DNA from: Candidatus Aenigmatarchaeota archaeon | GTDB taxonomy: Archaea > Aenigmatarchaeota > Aenigmatarchaeia > QMZP01 > JAFGSV01 | NCBI GenBank assembly: GCA_016931255.1 | Contig: JAFGFG010000005.1 | Span: 7,053 to 71,052, forward strand | DNA length: 64,000 bases | Direction of reading: 5' to 3' | Part shown: positions 20,480 through 31,113 of the stretch, in pieces | How positions within the stretch are numbered: position 1 is the first letter of the stretch | Layout: every line of letters starts with the position of its first letter | Position numbers and translations under genes: made by a program | Notes under the pieces: model-generated | What the model was told of the DNA's origin: nothing | The model's input: only the letters and a program-made list of their open reading frames with translations | Databases searched by the model: none

Positions 20480-21111
20480 TTATCCACCTCCACTCCAGGG
20501 CTTATCCATTTCCCTGAAAGCCTTTTCCTGTTCTCGTCTATCAGTGCTGAGCTTGTGGCTTTCTTCACAGACGCTTCGTCAAAGCCCAGCAGTTTTCCGA
20601 AGGAAATGAACTCTGACTGCGACCTCAGGCCAAATTCTGATTCGGCACCGGATATTATCATGAATGGAGCTCCTGCTTTCCTGACGCACTGGGCATTCTT
20701 TACCATCTGCGAGAAAATCCTCCCCCTGTCCACAAGCGTTGAATGCAGTAGCTCTGAGAAGTCGAATGCTATCCTTACATTGTTCTTCTTCGCTGTTTTC
20801 GCCATCACGAAATCAATCTTGGTTTCAGGGCATGGTATGAGGATGTCAGTTTCTTCTGTTTCAGTTGCAATCCTGTTCATCTTCTCGTCTGTTCCTGAGA
20901 CAGCTATCACAGCATATGCTTTCCTGTTCTTTTTCACAGCCCTTTTCATCATCTCCGGGTTCTTCTCTGTTATCAGGATGCCCTTAACGAATATCTTTCC
21001 GGACAGTACACTGCTGCTGAAAATGCACATTCCGTCTATTCCGAGCTTTGCAGCCATGCCTGCCAGAGCATTTCCGTCTCCTTCCTTTACCCCGTAGTCC
21101 CAGAATGCCAT
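20476..21111 (-). CDS. rnp3: RNase P protein Rpp30
   Basis: NRIATE..DIL, ISGAES..LRS and PGVEV C-terminus. Confidence 0.85.
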   Translation of the reverse strand: MAFWDYGVKEGDGNALAGMAAKLGIDGMCIFSSSVLSGKIFVKGILITEKNPEMMKRAVKKNRKAYAVIAVSGTDEKMNRIATETEETDILIPCPETKIDFVMAKTAKKNNVRIAFDFSELLHSTLVDRGRIFSQMVKNAQCVRKAGAPFMIISGAESEFGLRSQSEFISFGKLLGFDEASVKKATSSALIDENRKRLSGKWISPGVEVDK

Positions 21112-21167
21112 AAGAGTAATTGGTATGCCGAATAAATAAAAATTGTCTGGTGATTCCTGGGAAGTTT

Positions 21168-23378
21168 TCAGGAATTTCTGGCTTTTAGTATGCTCTTGAG
21201 TAAGCCTCTTATTCGCCCGCTGCTCTCCGCAAGTATCCTCGCATGGGATGACGCGATTCCGACCTTGACGGTGAATGCGTTGTCGGGAAGGATGTTGAAC
21301 ATGTCCTCGTCAGTCCTGTCGTCGCCGGCTGCTAGTATGAAGTCCCATCTCCTTTTCTCCGTCCATGTGAGACATGCACGGCCCTTGTTTACGCCTTCCT
21401 TCTTGACTTCTATGACCTTTCCGCCCTCCAGTATTCCAAGATCCTGGTTAGCGGTCAGGTGTATTAGGTCGTCCTTGAGTTCCCATGCCCTTATGGATGC
21501 CTGATCGGGTATGGCGTTCCTGTAATGCCAGACCAAAGAGAACTCCTTCTCCTCAAGGAAAGAGCCCGGCGTCCGGTCTACATACTTCTCTATGACAGTC
21601 CTTATCTCATCCTTCCAGTCACTGTCCATGGGCTCTATCAGGAACCACCTTCCGCCCCTCTTCTTTATCCATATGCCATGCTCCGCGACGATGCCAATGT
21701 CAAGCTTTCCGAACCATTTGTCCATGGTCTTCCTGTCCCTGCCGCTGACAAGCACCACCTCGTTCCTCGGGTCCTGCGAAAGCTTTTTGAGTATCCCCGT
21801 TATCTGCTTGTCGGGCTTGGCCTTTTTCGGGCTGCCGACTATGCTTGTCAGTGTCCCGTCGTAATCCAGCAGGAAGAGCCTCTTTTTGGATTTCACGTAG
21901 CGCTCGGTTATGTCGGACTCCTCTTTCTTTGACAGTATCCTCTTCTTCAGGTTTTTCTCCAGTTCCTTGGTGTTCTCGAGCTTTTCCATGAAATCATTGA
22001 CCCATCTGGTTATGTCATACCTCCTGAGTCTGTCCCTCATGATGCGGTTGTTCTCCTTCTGCTCGTCGCAGCTCATGGTGATGGCCTTCTCTATGGCGGA
22101 TTCTATCTCCTCCCTGTTGTTGGGGTTGACAGTGATGGCCTCCACGAGCTCCTTGGACGCGCCCGCCATCTCGCTGAGTATCAACACGCCCTTTCCACCG
22201 TTCTTCGCGGCTATGAACTCCTTTGCCATGAGATTCATTCCGTCTCTCAGGGGCGTTATGAGTTCTATGTCCGCCAGTTGGTAGAGTGCGAGCAGCATGC
22301 TCTCCGGGATAAATCTCCTTATGTATATGACGGGTGTCCACTGGACTGTGCCGTACCTCCCGTTGATGCTTCCTATTCTCTCGTCCAGATACTTTCTCAG
22401 TGTCTTGTAGTGCTCAACGTTCGTCCTCGACGGGACGGCAACCATGACCATGACGACCTTGGTCTTCATCGACGGATTCTTGGAAAGGAACATCTCGAAC
22501 GCATCTAGGCGCTGGAGTATTCCCTTCGTGTAATCCAGCCTGTCTATCGACAGTATGACCTTCCTCTCGCCTACCTGCTTCCTGAACAGCTTCATCTGCT
22601 TGGCGACATCCTCCCTCTTTCTGCTTTCGCTGTACTTCTCGTAGTTTATGCCCATCGGGAACGCATCCGCTTTTATTACCCTTCCGTGCGCGTTTATCTG
22701 TCCGGCCTCATGCTCGTGACCGGTGAGGAAATGGACGCTGTCCAGGAAGTGCTTCACATAGTCGTACTGGTGGAAACCGACCAGGTCCGCTCCCAGCATG
22801 CCTTCCACGAGCTCCTTCCTCCACGGCAGCAGCCTGAACACCTCGAACGACGGGAACGGTATGTGCAGGAAGAATCCTATGGTCAGGTCGGGCCTCTTCT
22901 CTCTTAGCATCTTCGGCAACAGAAAGAGATGGTAGTCGTGTATCCATATGGTGTCGCCCTTCTTGGCGATCTTGAGTATGGATTTGAGGAACTTCTCGTT
23001 GACATTCCTGTATGCGTCCCACATATTCTTTTCGTATTCGGCATACTGTACGAAATAGTGGAAGAGTGGCCACAGCGTCTTGTTGCAGAAACCCCCGTAG
23101 TGAACCTCTATATCCTTTGAATTAAGGAAAACAGGAAAACTGCTGAACTTCCTTCTCAGTGTATTCTTTATTCTGGTCTTTTCTTTCTGATTTATCTTCT
23201 CGTCTTCCAGGCCGCACCATCCGAGCCACAGCTTTTCAGACTGCGTCTCGAAAGAGGCCAGTCCGGTCGCCAGTCCACCGATGCTCTGCCTGAAATCCAG
23301 AACACCTTTGATTTTTCTTGCCGTCACCGGAAGCCTGTTCGAAACAACTATTATCCTTCCCATTGAATTTACATACAC
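21168..23378 (-). CDS. bifunctional trehalose-6-phosphate synthase/phosphatase
   Basis: VSNRLP, WIHDYH, FLHIPFP, DRLDYTKG, DGMNL; HAD domain LDYDGT and GDDRTDED. Confidence 0.95.
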   Translation of the reverse strand: MYVNSMGRIIVVSNRLPVTARKIKGVLDFRQSIGGLATGLASFETQSEKLWLGWCGLEDEKINQKEKTRIKNTLRRKFSSFPVFLNSKDIEVHYGGFCNKTLWPLFHYFVQYAEYEKNMWDAYRNVNEKFLKSILKIAKKGDTIWIHDYHLFLLPKMLREKRPDLTIGFFLHIPFPSFEVFRLLPWRKELVEGMLGADLVGFHQYDYVKHFLDSVHFLTGHEHEAGQINAHGRVIKADAFPMGINYEKYSESRKREDVAKQMKLFRKQVGERKVILSIDRLDYTKGILQRLDAFEMFLSKNPSMKTKVVMVMVAVPSRTNVEHYKTLRKYLDERIGSINGRYGTVQWTPVIYIRRFIPESMLLALYQLADIELITPLRDGMNLMAKEFIAAKNGGKGVLILSEMAGASKELVEAITVNPNNREEIESAIEKAITMSCDEQKENNRIMRDRLRRYDITRWVNDFMEKLENTKELEKNLKKRILSKKEESDITERYVKSKKRLFLLDYDGTLTSIVGSPKKAKPDKQITGILKKLSQDPRNEVVLVSGRDRKTMDKWFGKLDIGIVAEHGIWIKKRGGRWFLIEPMDSDWKDEIRTVIEKYVDRTPGSFLEEKEFSLVWHYRNAIPDQASIRAWELKDDLIHLTANQDLGILEGGKVIEVKKEGVNKGRACLTWTEKRRWDFILAAGDDRTDEDMFNILPDNAFTVKVGIASSHARILAESSGRIRGLLKSILKARNS

Positions 23379-23411
23379 CTGTTTAGTTTCACGGTTTCAT
23401 GTCTAATATAA

Positions 23412-24635
23412 CTACCGGGCATTTTTCGCCGGCAGAAGATAGTTGCTTATGAGGTTCATCCAGTCTATCATGAGCCTGGTAACGAGGAAGTTGTTCGTGA
23501 CATGCAGCTTCCCGCGTCTTCCCATCTCATTCCTGAGCTTCTCGTCCCTGAGCAGCTTGAGGATGCAAGCGGAGAACCCTTCTATGTCGTTCGGATCCCT
23601 CAGGAAACCGTTCATGCCGTTCAGTACCTGGAACGGTATGCCGCCGACGTTCGATGCGACGACTGGCGTTCCTTTGAACAGCGCCTCGGACACGACGAGA
23701 CCGAAGCCCTCTCTCAGGGATTTCTGTATCACTACCGCTGATTCTTTCTGCATGCAGTTTACCATGACGTCGGTTGTGTTGAGCATGAGCTTTATGTTGT
23801 CGCCGTACCTGCTCTCCTGCTTCATCCTTTCGGTCTTCTCGAAAATCTTCTGCCCCTCGGGGTCATCTACGGAGAACGACCCTATGAGCGCGAGCTGGCA
23901 TTTCTCCTTTCTCCTGACCTTCTCGAAAATCTTTATGACGCCTGTCGGGTCTTTCCACTTGTCGAACCTGGATATCTGGGTTATTATGGGTATGCTGCGG
24001 TCTATATCATTTTCCTCTAGCATCTTCCTGACTGTCCTGTCGTTTACAGGGCGGTTCTTGGGAGAGAGAGGGTCTATTGCAGGGTACATAATCGACTGCG
24101 GCACATCAAGTCTCTTCTTGTACTCCTCCTTCGACACCACGAAATGGTCGTACTTGTTGACGAACGACCTTATGTATCTCCATATGCTCATGTCAGGATA
24201 TGAAAGATCCATGTGGAACCTGCATATCCATGGCTGCTTCTTCTCGTAGAAATCTATCAGCGGCAGTGGCTGCGGGTCGTGCACTATGACCATGTCATGG
24301 TCCACATGAGTAAAGATAGAAAACATCTTGTTGGTGTCGTAGTAGATATTTTTCTTCTTGCGGGTGAGTTTCATGGACTCGCCCTGAAGGGAGTTGTGTA
24401 TGCCTTTTGTCACGTTGAAGAAGTCGGACGAGCCGTGGAGCGTCCTCCATCCGAAATCTATGTCGAGCAGGTTGAAGAGCACGATGCTGCTGTTGAGCAT
24501 CTCGGCAACCCCTCCGCCGTGCGACGTCGAGTTTATGCACAGTATGTGCTTGTCTTTCAGGGGTTCCGCCTTGATTCTCAGTTGTTCAATCTGCTCTTTT
24601 CCCGCTATCTTTTCGTACTCCTTCAAAATTTTCAT
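23412..24635 (-). CDS. TreT-like glycosyltransferase (GT4)
   Basis: NSTSHGGGVAE, HNSLQG, HDPQP, SRFDKWK, EGFGLVVSEA. Confidence 0.85.
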   Translation of the reverse strand: MKILKEYEKIAGKEQIEQLRIKAEPLKDKHILCINSTSHGGGVAEMLNSSIVLFNLLDIDFGWRTLHGSSDFFNVTKGIHNSLQGESMKLTRKKKNIYYDTNKMFSIFTHVDHDMVIVHDPQPLPLIDFYEKKQPWICRFHMDLSYPDMSIWRYIRSFVNKYDHFVVSKEEYKKRLDVPQSIMYPAIDPLSPKNRPVNDRTVRKMLEENDIDRSIPIITQISRFDKWKDPTGVIKIFEKVRRKEKCQLALIGSFSVDDPEGQKIFEKTERMKQESRYGDNIKLMLNTTDVMVNCMQKESAVVIQKSLREGFGLVVSEALFKGTPVVASNVGGIPFQVLNGMNGFLRDPNDIEGFSACILKLLRDEKLRNEMGRRGKLHVTNNFLVTRLMIDWMNLISNYLLPAKNAR

Positions 24636-24663
24636 AATCGTTAATTTCCGGCCTGTCCGCCTT

Positions 24664-27054
24664 TCACCGCTTTCCGTGCCTGAAGTATATGAAAGCTGCT
24701 ATTGCCATCAGTGCCATTATCGCAGGCCACGTCAGTCCATAGAATGAAGCAGGAAATTCAATCTTGACCAATATGTCAACGAAGTCGCTTATCTTCTGCT
24801 CCATGCCGGGTGTTGTGGAATTTGCGTATACTGTAAACTTGTAGTTGTCTCCTATGTCAGATGTATACACATGAACATGAAGTGTCCTGGTCTCTTTCGG
24901 GCTGAGTGTTATGTTTATGCTCCTGTTATCCTGCGCCATCACGCCTTCAGATGCGTCAACGAACCTGGCATAACTGTATCCGTCTATCATCACTTTTATG
25001 GTGTCTTCCTCTGTCTGCCTGTTGGACACTGTGAGTGTCAGTACCTTGTAGCTTCCCAGCGTCATGTAGAGCCTGTTTATGTCTGTTGTGAGCTTCAGAG
25101 GCTTCAGTATCGTGAAGTACCCGGTTCCCGTCTCTATCCTGTTTCCTGCCCTGTCAGCAGCGAATCCTATGTAGCTTATATTGTAATCGTCAGTCCATGG
25201 ATTTATCTGGAACCAGCACCTGTTTGAAGTTCCCGGACAGCGCATTTGAACAGGACTGCCGACAGCGTAGTTAGAGCCCACTGCCATTGTGGTGTAGACT
25301 ATTCCTGTCTCATTGACTCCGGTGTAGTCGTTGTTGTTGGGGTCGGCTATTATGCTGAAGTTCACAGGAACCGATATGAATAGTATCTGGCCGTTGACAA
25401 TCACAGCCTCATCAGGATCCTTGGCTTCGATTGACACAGAAGGGGGGTCTGTCCAGTCTATCCACGTACCGTTGACGAACTGCGTATAGACATTCTTTAT
25501 GTTGGCACATCCGTATGCATTGTCTATTGCCCTTGCGCGGAAGAAGAATGTATGGTTGTCTTCGTCTCTAAGAGCCGCTGCCACGCCATTGTCCGAATCA
25601 TCCTGGTCGAAGTTCACGCTCGTGAAATCAACACACTTTTCAAGCTCGCATTCCCCGCTTGACGGGTTGTATACAAGAACCTCGTCTGTGTATATATTTG
25701 ACAGGTCTGACCACTGCGTCCATGCCTGCTCCTGTGTTATCACGCTTCCTATGTTGTCTATCCTGTACTGGACCTGATGGCACTGTATTCCGGCGTTGTT
25801 CGTGCCTCCTGCATCGCTCCCTGTCCAGATGACAGGGAATACGTTGCTGCTTATGTTCTCAATTGGAAGCATTATGGTTGTCACAGGCTCGTATGTGTCA
25901 ACTGTTGTACACATGCAATACGGAGTCGGGTCTGTTCCCCATGCCGGATTACAGCTCCAGTCGTCAATTATCTCTGTGTGCGTAATATCTCTTGCCCTTA
26001 TCCTGAAGCAGAACTCTGCTCCGTCTCCTTCACCTTCAAGGTTCACCGTGTAGTAATCATCATCAGCTTCTGAGAGAGATGCGGTCTGCCAGTTCTCAAG
26101 ACTGTCCCTGAAACTGCCTGAGTCAACGTACTGGACATCGAATTCATCTGCGTGGACATTTCCTGTCCACGTTATGTTGAATATCCTTCCTGTTACAGTG
26201 TCATTCGCAGGTGACGTGAATACGGCATCAGGTAGAATGTTGTCAATATAAGGCAGAGTTGTTGTTGTCCAGTCACCCCAACTGCTTCCGTCAAACGCCC
26301 TGGCGCTTATGCGGACAATAGTTTCATTACGATTTGCGATAACATCAGTCGAACGCCATACCACTTCCCAAGGCTCTGCTGTCAATGTTCCCAGATCAAT
26401 GTATGTGCTGCCTGAGCCATATGTTATATTGAATTCCACCTGCTGTAAAGGGTCTCCGTCATCGTCTATTACAGCAGCTTCAAATAGTATGTCGCCCCTT
26501 GTGCTGTTGTAAGTTATGCTGGTCACCCTCGGACTAACCCCGGCGAAGCAGCAGACCTTTCTTGTATATGCATCGCAGTCGCCTATGTGGGCATTCGTGT
26601 CAGCGCTGACAGATGCCATGCATACAGGGGCGACAGAACACGAGCCGGATTCATATGTGCACCATATCAGCCCGCCTCCTGTTGAAAGGCATACTTCCGT
26701 GTCATAATCCGGGTCAGGCGACGGTGCAGCAGGATTCTCGACATGGGAGTTGGTAGTACCTGTCAGTATGATCACCGGTGCTGAATCAGTTTCTCCTGTG
26801 CAGGTTCTTCCGAGGCCTGCAACACCGCTGCAGCACACCGCGTAGTTGTAATCGGTGTCACTGTACAAAGCCGCATGGGAGTTGTCGGTGTCATACATCC
26901 TGAAGACGACTATCTCACCCGCCCCGTTGCATGGGTTTACTGTGGTGTCCCTTATGTCGCATACAAGATTGGCGTCTGCATAAACCGGCAGCAGCAGCGC
27001 TGTGAAGACTGACAGTGCGGCTAATGCCATGATGTTCGGAATTTTCATTTTCAT
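24664..27054 (-). CDS. secreted/membrane-anchored surface protein with Cys-rich N-terminal repeats and Ig/FN3-like domains
   Basis: Signal peptide; three NSHA/NSHV/NAHI...VC repeats; FRxRAxD strands; C-terminal TM helix. Confidence 0.75.
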   Translation of the reverse strand: MKMKIPNIMALAALSVFTALLLPVYADANLVCDIRDTTVNPCNGAGEIVVFRMYDTDNSHAALYSDTDYNYAVCCSGVAGLGRTCTGETDSAPVIILTGTTNSHVENPAAPSPDPDYDTEVCLSTGGGLIWCTYESGSCSVAPVCMASVSADTNAHIGDCDAYTRKVCCFAGVSPRVTSITYNSTRGDILFEAAVIDDDGDPLQQVEFNITYGSGSTYIDLGTLTAEPWEVVWRSTDVIANRNETIVRISARAFDGSSWGDWTTTTLPYIDNILPDAVFTSPANDTVTGRIFNITWTGNVHADEFDVQYVDSGSFRDSLENWQTASLSEADDDYYTVNLEGEGDGAEFCFRIRARDITHTEIIDDWSCNPAWGTDPTPYCMCTTVDTYEPVTTIMLPIENISSNVFPVIWTGSDAGGTNNAGIQCHQVQYRIDNIGSVITQEQAWTQWSDLSNIYTDEVLVYNPSSGECELEKCVDFTSVNFDQDDSDNGVAAALRDEDNHTFFFRARAIDNAYGCANIKNVYTQFVNGTWIDWTDPPSVSIEAKDPDEAVIVNGQILFISVPVNFSIIADPNNNDYTGVNETGIVYTTMAVGSNYAVGSPVQMRCPGTSNRCWFQINPWTDDYNISYIGFAADRAGNRIETGTGYFTILKPLKLTTDINRLYMTLGSYKVLTLTVSNRQTEEDTIKVMIDGYSYARFVDASEGVMAQDNRSINITLSPKETRTLHVHVYTSDIGDNYKFTVYANSTTPGMEQKISDFVDILVKIEFPASFYGLTWPAIMALMAIAAFIYFRHGKR

Positions 27055-27058
27055 GATA

Positions 27059-27412
27059 TCATAAACCCAGTATCTGGAAATATCTCAGGCAGTGATCCTT
27101 CGTGTTCTGGCTGACTATCTTTTCGCACAGCGCCTTGTCCTTTGTCGCTATTGCAGTGTCGTGGTAATCCATGTCATCGCAGTCCTGCTGAGTGAACCTC
27201 GGATTGTCAATCATGCACTGGCTCTTGGGCTCTTCACTGGCAGTCACACCCGAATTCTGGGGAACTGAAATGTTCATGTCAACATAGTTGAAAAGCGCAA
27301 GCACAGTAAGAATTATAACAAAGACAGTGACAGATGCAAAAATCTCCAGCCTGTTCCTTGAAGCATGATGAGCGATGGACTTGCCTGAGTCCTTTCTTCT
27401 TTTGGCCGGCAT
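27059..27412 (-). CDS. single-pass membrane protein with a Cys-containing C-terminus
   Basis: One TM helix followed by AIATKDKALCEKI..C. Confidence 0.65.
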   Translation of the reverse strand: MPAKRRKDSGKSIAHHASRNRLEIFASVTVFVIILTVLALFNYVDMNISVPQNSGVTASEEPKSQCMIDNPRFTQQDCDDMDYHDTAIATKDKALCEKIVSQNTKDHCLRYFQILGL

Positions 27413-27498
27413 AATATTGTTTTGATAAATGTTATTAATATATCAGCACTCAGTTATATTCTATAAAGCTTTTTATAATCAGTCTTCAAATCATCTTC

Positions 27499-28584
27499 AT
27501 GAAAGTTTATGTGGCAACGAACATCATAGGCGTGTTCGCTTTTGATGATAAGAAGATGGTTGATTACAGCCTTTTCCAGCCTGACGCTGTAATCATAGCA
27601 GAGAAGCTGAAGGATGTCAGGAAAGGCGAGCTGATTCCCGAAGAGGAGAAGTTGATAAAGGAACTGAAAAGGGCAGGCTACAAGAAGATAATCTGGGACA
27701 AGAGGATAGATTTCCCGGGAATGGAATGCCTCTACGAGCCTGACAATGTTGCCAAGACAATCCTCCAGAAAGACTACAGGAAGCTCGCGCTCGAGCTGAA
27801 GTTCGTCCCGACGCAGACAGAACTGAACAAGCTCCTTTCAAGGATTAATATCCAGCTTACCAAGTCTGAGCTCAGGAAGGAGAAAAAGGATGTCATACTG
27901 ATGAGGGCCATCGGAGTTCTGGACGAGCTCGACAGGACCATCAACACGCTTTCGGAGCATATGAGGGAATGGTACGGGCTTTACTTCCCTGAAGCCGAGA
28001 AGCTGATAAAGGACCACGAGCATCTTGCAACAGCCATATCAACAGAAGGCAAGAGGGAGAGCATTTCCGATTCTCGTGTCAGGAAGTATGCCTCATTATC
28101 CGCAGGCATGCCTTTCAATGGCGACGACCTGATAGCTGTGCAGGGATACGCCAAGGAAGTCAAGTCGCTGTACAAGACGAGGGACAACATCTCACTTTAC
28201 ATACGCAAGGAAGCCAAGACATTCATACCGAACCTGACAGCTGTGGCAGGACCTCTTATAGCATGCAGGCTGATCTCACTTGCAGGCGGACTGGACAAGC
28301 TGGCGAAGCTTCCTGCAAGCACAATACAGCTTCTTGGTGCTGAGAAGGCGCTGTTCAGGCATCTCAAGAGCAATGAGAAGCCGCCCAAGTTCGGAGTCAT
28401 ATTCGCTCATTCTCTCATACAGGATGCTGACAGAAGCGTGCGCGGCAAAGTCGCAAGAATGCTTGCGTCGAAGCTGATGTTTGCGGCAAGAGCGGATTTC
28501 TACACAGGAAAGAACATAAGCGAGAAGCTGATGTCAGACCTTACAGCAAAAATCGGAACCTCATCAAAGGTAAAGAAGAAGTAA
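27499..28584 (+). CDS. nop5: C/D sRNP protein Nop5 (Nop56/58)
   Basis: REWYGLYFPE, PASTIQLLGAEKALF, PKFG, ARADF. Confidence 0.95.
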   Translation: MKVYVATNIIGVFAFDDKKMVDYSLFQPDAVIIAEKLKDVRKGELIPEEEKLIKELKRAGYKKIIWDKRIDFPGMECLYEPDNVAKTILQKDYRKLALELKFVPTQTELNKLLSRINIQLTKSELRKEKKDVILMRAIGVLDELDRTINTLSEHMREWYGLYFPEAEKLIKDHEHLATAISTEGKRESISDSRVRKYASLSAGMPFNGDDLIAVQGYAKEVKSLYKTRDNISLYIRKEAKTFIPNLTAVAGPLIACRLISLAGGLDKLAKLPASTIQLLGAEKALFRHLKSNEKPPKFGVIFAHSLIQDADRSVRGKVARMLASKLMFAARADFYTGKNISEKLMSDLTAKIGTSSKVKKK

Positions 28585-28651
28585 CCGGAAGCCAATAGCG
28601 GATACTGGAAAGAACTCTCTGGCTTCATGCTGGCGCGTCAATGATTTGTGC

Positions 28652-28891
28652 TCATTTCAAACAGTCCTCACAATACCATCCCTCGCCAGTGAGCCTGACA
28701 CATGTGGATATCTCACCACACGTATCGCAGACTGCGAGTTCGCTTCTGGAAAAGACCTTTGGCCTGTATCTTCCGCCGTCCTTTATCTTTGAGAAGCAAA
28801 AAAAGCAAACGCTTCTCTTCACACTGTTGTTCGTGTGTTCCGGCCATCTGTCTTCCCATATGCTTTCCCCGCAGATATGGCAGTTATTCAT
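28652..28891 (-). CDS. small multi-CxxC zinc-finger protein
   Basis: GAGGTG RBS before MNNCHICG; CxxC at CHIC, CFFC, CDTC and CEDC. Confidence 0.6.
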   Translation of the reverse strand: MNNCHICGESIWEDRWPEHTNNSVKRSVCFFCFSKIKDGGRYRPKVFSRSELAVCDTCGEISTCVRLTGEGWYCEDCLK

Positions 28892-29033
28892 ATTCAACAC
28901 CTCTGTTGGAATGGCTGGATTCATGATTAAGTCTTGATTTTTCAATTAAAAAGAATTTCCATTCCGCGATTCATATATCGTGAAACTGTGTTTCAAAAAC
29001 AAGCATTTATTTCCATATTTCAGATAAGTGGTT

Positions 29034-29690
29034 ATGAAGAGTGTATTCGACGGTGTTTTCAGGAGCGGCAGGAAGCTCTTCACAATGAACATGATACGCG
29101 GCTACAGGGAGTATACAAGAAGCACTGTGTCGGAGGGCGGGAAAGTCTACAGGGAGTGGGACCCCGGAAAGAGCAAGCCTGCTGCTGCGATAATGAAAGG
29201 CATAAAGAAATTTCCCCTTTCCAGGGGATCGAAGGTGCTTTACCTTGGCGCTGCCTCAGGAGCCACGTGCAGCTTCTTCTCGGACATAATCGGAGAGGAC
29301 GGCGTCATATACGCGGTCGAGATATCAGAGCGGTCAGTGAGAGACCTCAACAACACTTCAGAGGCGCGCGGCAACATAGTCCCCATACTTGCTGATGCGA
29401 GGAAGCCCGAGGAATATGAATGGGTCGAGCCTGTGGACATAGTCTTTCAGGATGTTGCCAGCGACGACCAGGCACAGATACTTGTGAGGAACGCCGTGAA
29501 GTTCCTGAAGAAGGGCGGCTATGCCATGATAGCCATAAAGTCGAGAAGCATAGACGTCACAAAGCCTCCAAGGGAAGTGTACAAAGACCAGCTTGAGATA
29601 ATGGAAAAGAAGATGAAGGTGCTGGAAAAGGTGGAACTTGACCCCTTCGAGAAGGACCACCTTTTTGTCATCATGCAGATGAGGACCTAG
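29034..29690 (+). CDS. flpA: fibrillarin-like rRNA/tRNA 2'-O-methyltransferase
   Basis: YREWDP, KVLYLGAASG, NIVPILADARKP, KSRSID. Confidence 0.95.
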   Translation: MKSVFDGVFRSGRKLFTMNMIRGYREYTRSTVSEGGKVYREWDPGKSKPAAAIMKGIKKFPLSRGSKVLYLGAASGATCSFFSDIIGEDGVIYAVEISERSVRDLNNTSEARGNIVPILADARKPEEYEWVEPVDIVFQDVASDDQAQILVRNAVKFLKKGGYAMIAIKSRSIDVTKPPREVYKDQLEIMEKKMKVLEKVELDPFEKDHLFVIMQMRT

Positions 29691-30735
29691 CTTCCTGAAC
29701 AATCGACATAATCCTTTTCTCGAATTCCGGCCAGTCCCTGAGCGGCACGACTGCCCCTGCAGCCTTCACATGGCCTCCGCCCGAGCCTATTCCCTTCACA
29801 GCCTTCTTGAGAATGTCGTTCAGGCTTATGTCACCCTTCTGGCAGCGCGCAGAGACCTTCATCATGTTGCCGCTCTTCTTGATTACGAATATAAGCTTTT
29901 CCGGATTCATGTCCGCCAGCCTTGTGGATATGGTCGATGCAATGCTCAGCTGGCTGTCAATCCTGTAGAATATCATGTCAAGGTTCGGGAATTCAACAGC
30001 CTTCTCCCTGAAACCGGACATCTTTGACTTTATCTCCCCTTCAACCTTATCGAAGCATCCGCTGAAGTAGCGGTTATCAGCAGCGTCTTCCCATTTCTCT
30101 ATTCCCCTCATGTATCCCACGCTCTTCTCAGCGCCGTTCACTCCGTCCTTTACCACAGTTGCCATAATCTGCTTCGCAAGCAGGCTGAGCTTCGAATCAT
30201 CGCCTTTTCCTGTTTCAGGGTACTTCTTTTCAGCTTCCCTGAGGATGTAAGCGCAGTCATCGAATGCATGGTCCCCGATAACGCTCACTGCCGCAATCCA
30301 AAGGTATGGAGACACATCCTTACCCATCTCCTTCATCAGTTCATAGACGATGACACCGGCGGGTATGTAGTCCTTGCTGTCGAATCTTGGGTTTATGTGT
30401 ACAGTATTCGGAGAGTTCATGTCCTTCTCCGCTATATGATGGTCTATGATTACCATCTTCAGCTCCGGCATGACTTTCTGAAGGTCTTCAAGTTTATTAG
30501 CTTCCTGGTCCAGCGGAAGGTCCAGCATTACCATGACATCAGGCTTCTTGTTCTTGAGATGTCTTACAAGCCTGTCATTCAGCATAGGCCCTTCAAGAGG
30601 GTATGTCTCAAACTCCGGGTAGAACTTCAGGAATATGGAGACAGCGCTTATGCCGTCCGTATCAGTATGATAGAACACTATCTTTTTCTCCCCGCTCCCA
30701 AGAAAACCGGGAAGCCTGTCTGTATGCGTTTTCAT
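29671..30735 (-). CDS. DHH/DHHA1 phosphoesterase (RecJ-like)
   Basis: HTDTDG, IDHH, SAR, GGGHVKAAG. Confidence 0.9.
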   Translation of the reverse strand: MKTHTDRLPGFLGSGEKKIVFYHTDTDGISAVSIFLKFYPEFETYPLEGPMLNDRLVRHLKNKKPDVMVMLDLPLDQEANKLEDLQKVMPELKMVIIDHHIAEKDMNSPNTVHINPRFDSKDYIPAGVIVYELMKEMGKDVSPYLWIAAVSVIGDHAFDDCAYILREAEKKYPETGKGDDSKLSLLAKQIMATVVKDGVNGAEKSVGYMRGIEKWEDAADNRYFSGCFDKVEGEIKSKMSGFREKAVEFPNLDMIFYRIDSQLSIASTISTRLADMNPEKLIFVIKKSGNMMKVSARCQKGDISLNDILKKAVKGIGSGGGHVKAAGAVVPLRDWPEFEKRIMSIVQEARSSSA

Positions 30736-30774
30736 CTTGTTAATTGTATTGCGGCTTAAAAATGGGCAGCGGTC

Positions 30775-31089
30775 TTACGCTTGTTTAAAAACATATTCCA
30801 CTGTATTCAAAAAACGCGTCTGGTGTGGCTGTATGGAATCTTCCGGACTTACGGCATTGCGGAGTTCGGAGGAATATCTCGAGAATATCGTTTCCCATGA
30901 AACATTATCTCCATGCTCGTATCTTTCAAGGAACTCGTTTACTGTCTCATTCCTTATGTCGAAACCGCAGTCGTACACGTTTTCTATGTATCTGAGAAGT
31001 TCGTGATTGGGATTTACTGATTCAAGTTCTGTGTATCTTCTGCTCACAAGTGCTATTGCAGTATTCTGGTCGATTGCCAGACCATCCAT
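30775..31089 (-). CDS. hypothetical protein
   Basis: 104-aa ORF filling the ileS-DHH gap; no family recognised. Confidence 0.5.
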   Translation of the reverse strand: MDGLAIDQNTAIALVSRRYTELESVNPNHELLRYIENVYDCGFDIRNETVNEFLERYEHGDNVSWETIFSRYSSELRNAVSPEDSIQPHQTRFLNTVEYVFKQA

Positions 31090-31113
31090 TAATGATATTG
31101 CAGAAGATGTTTT

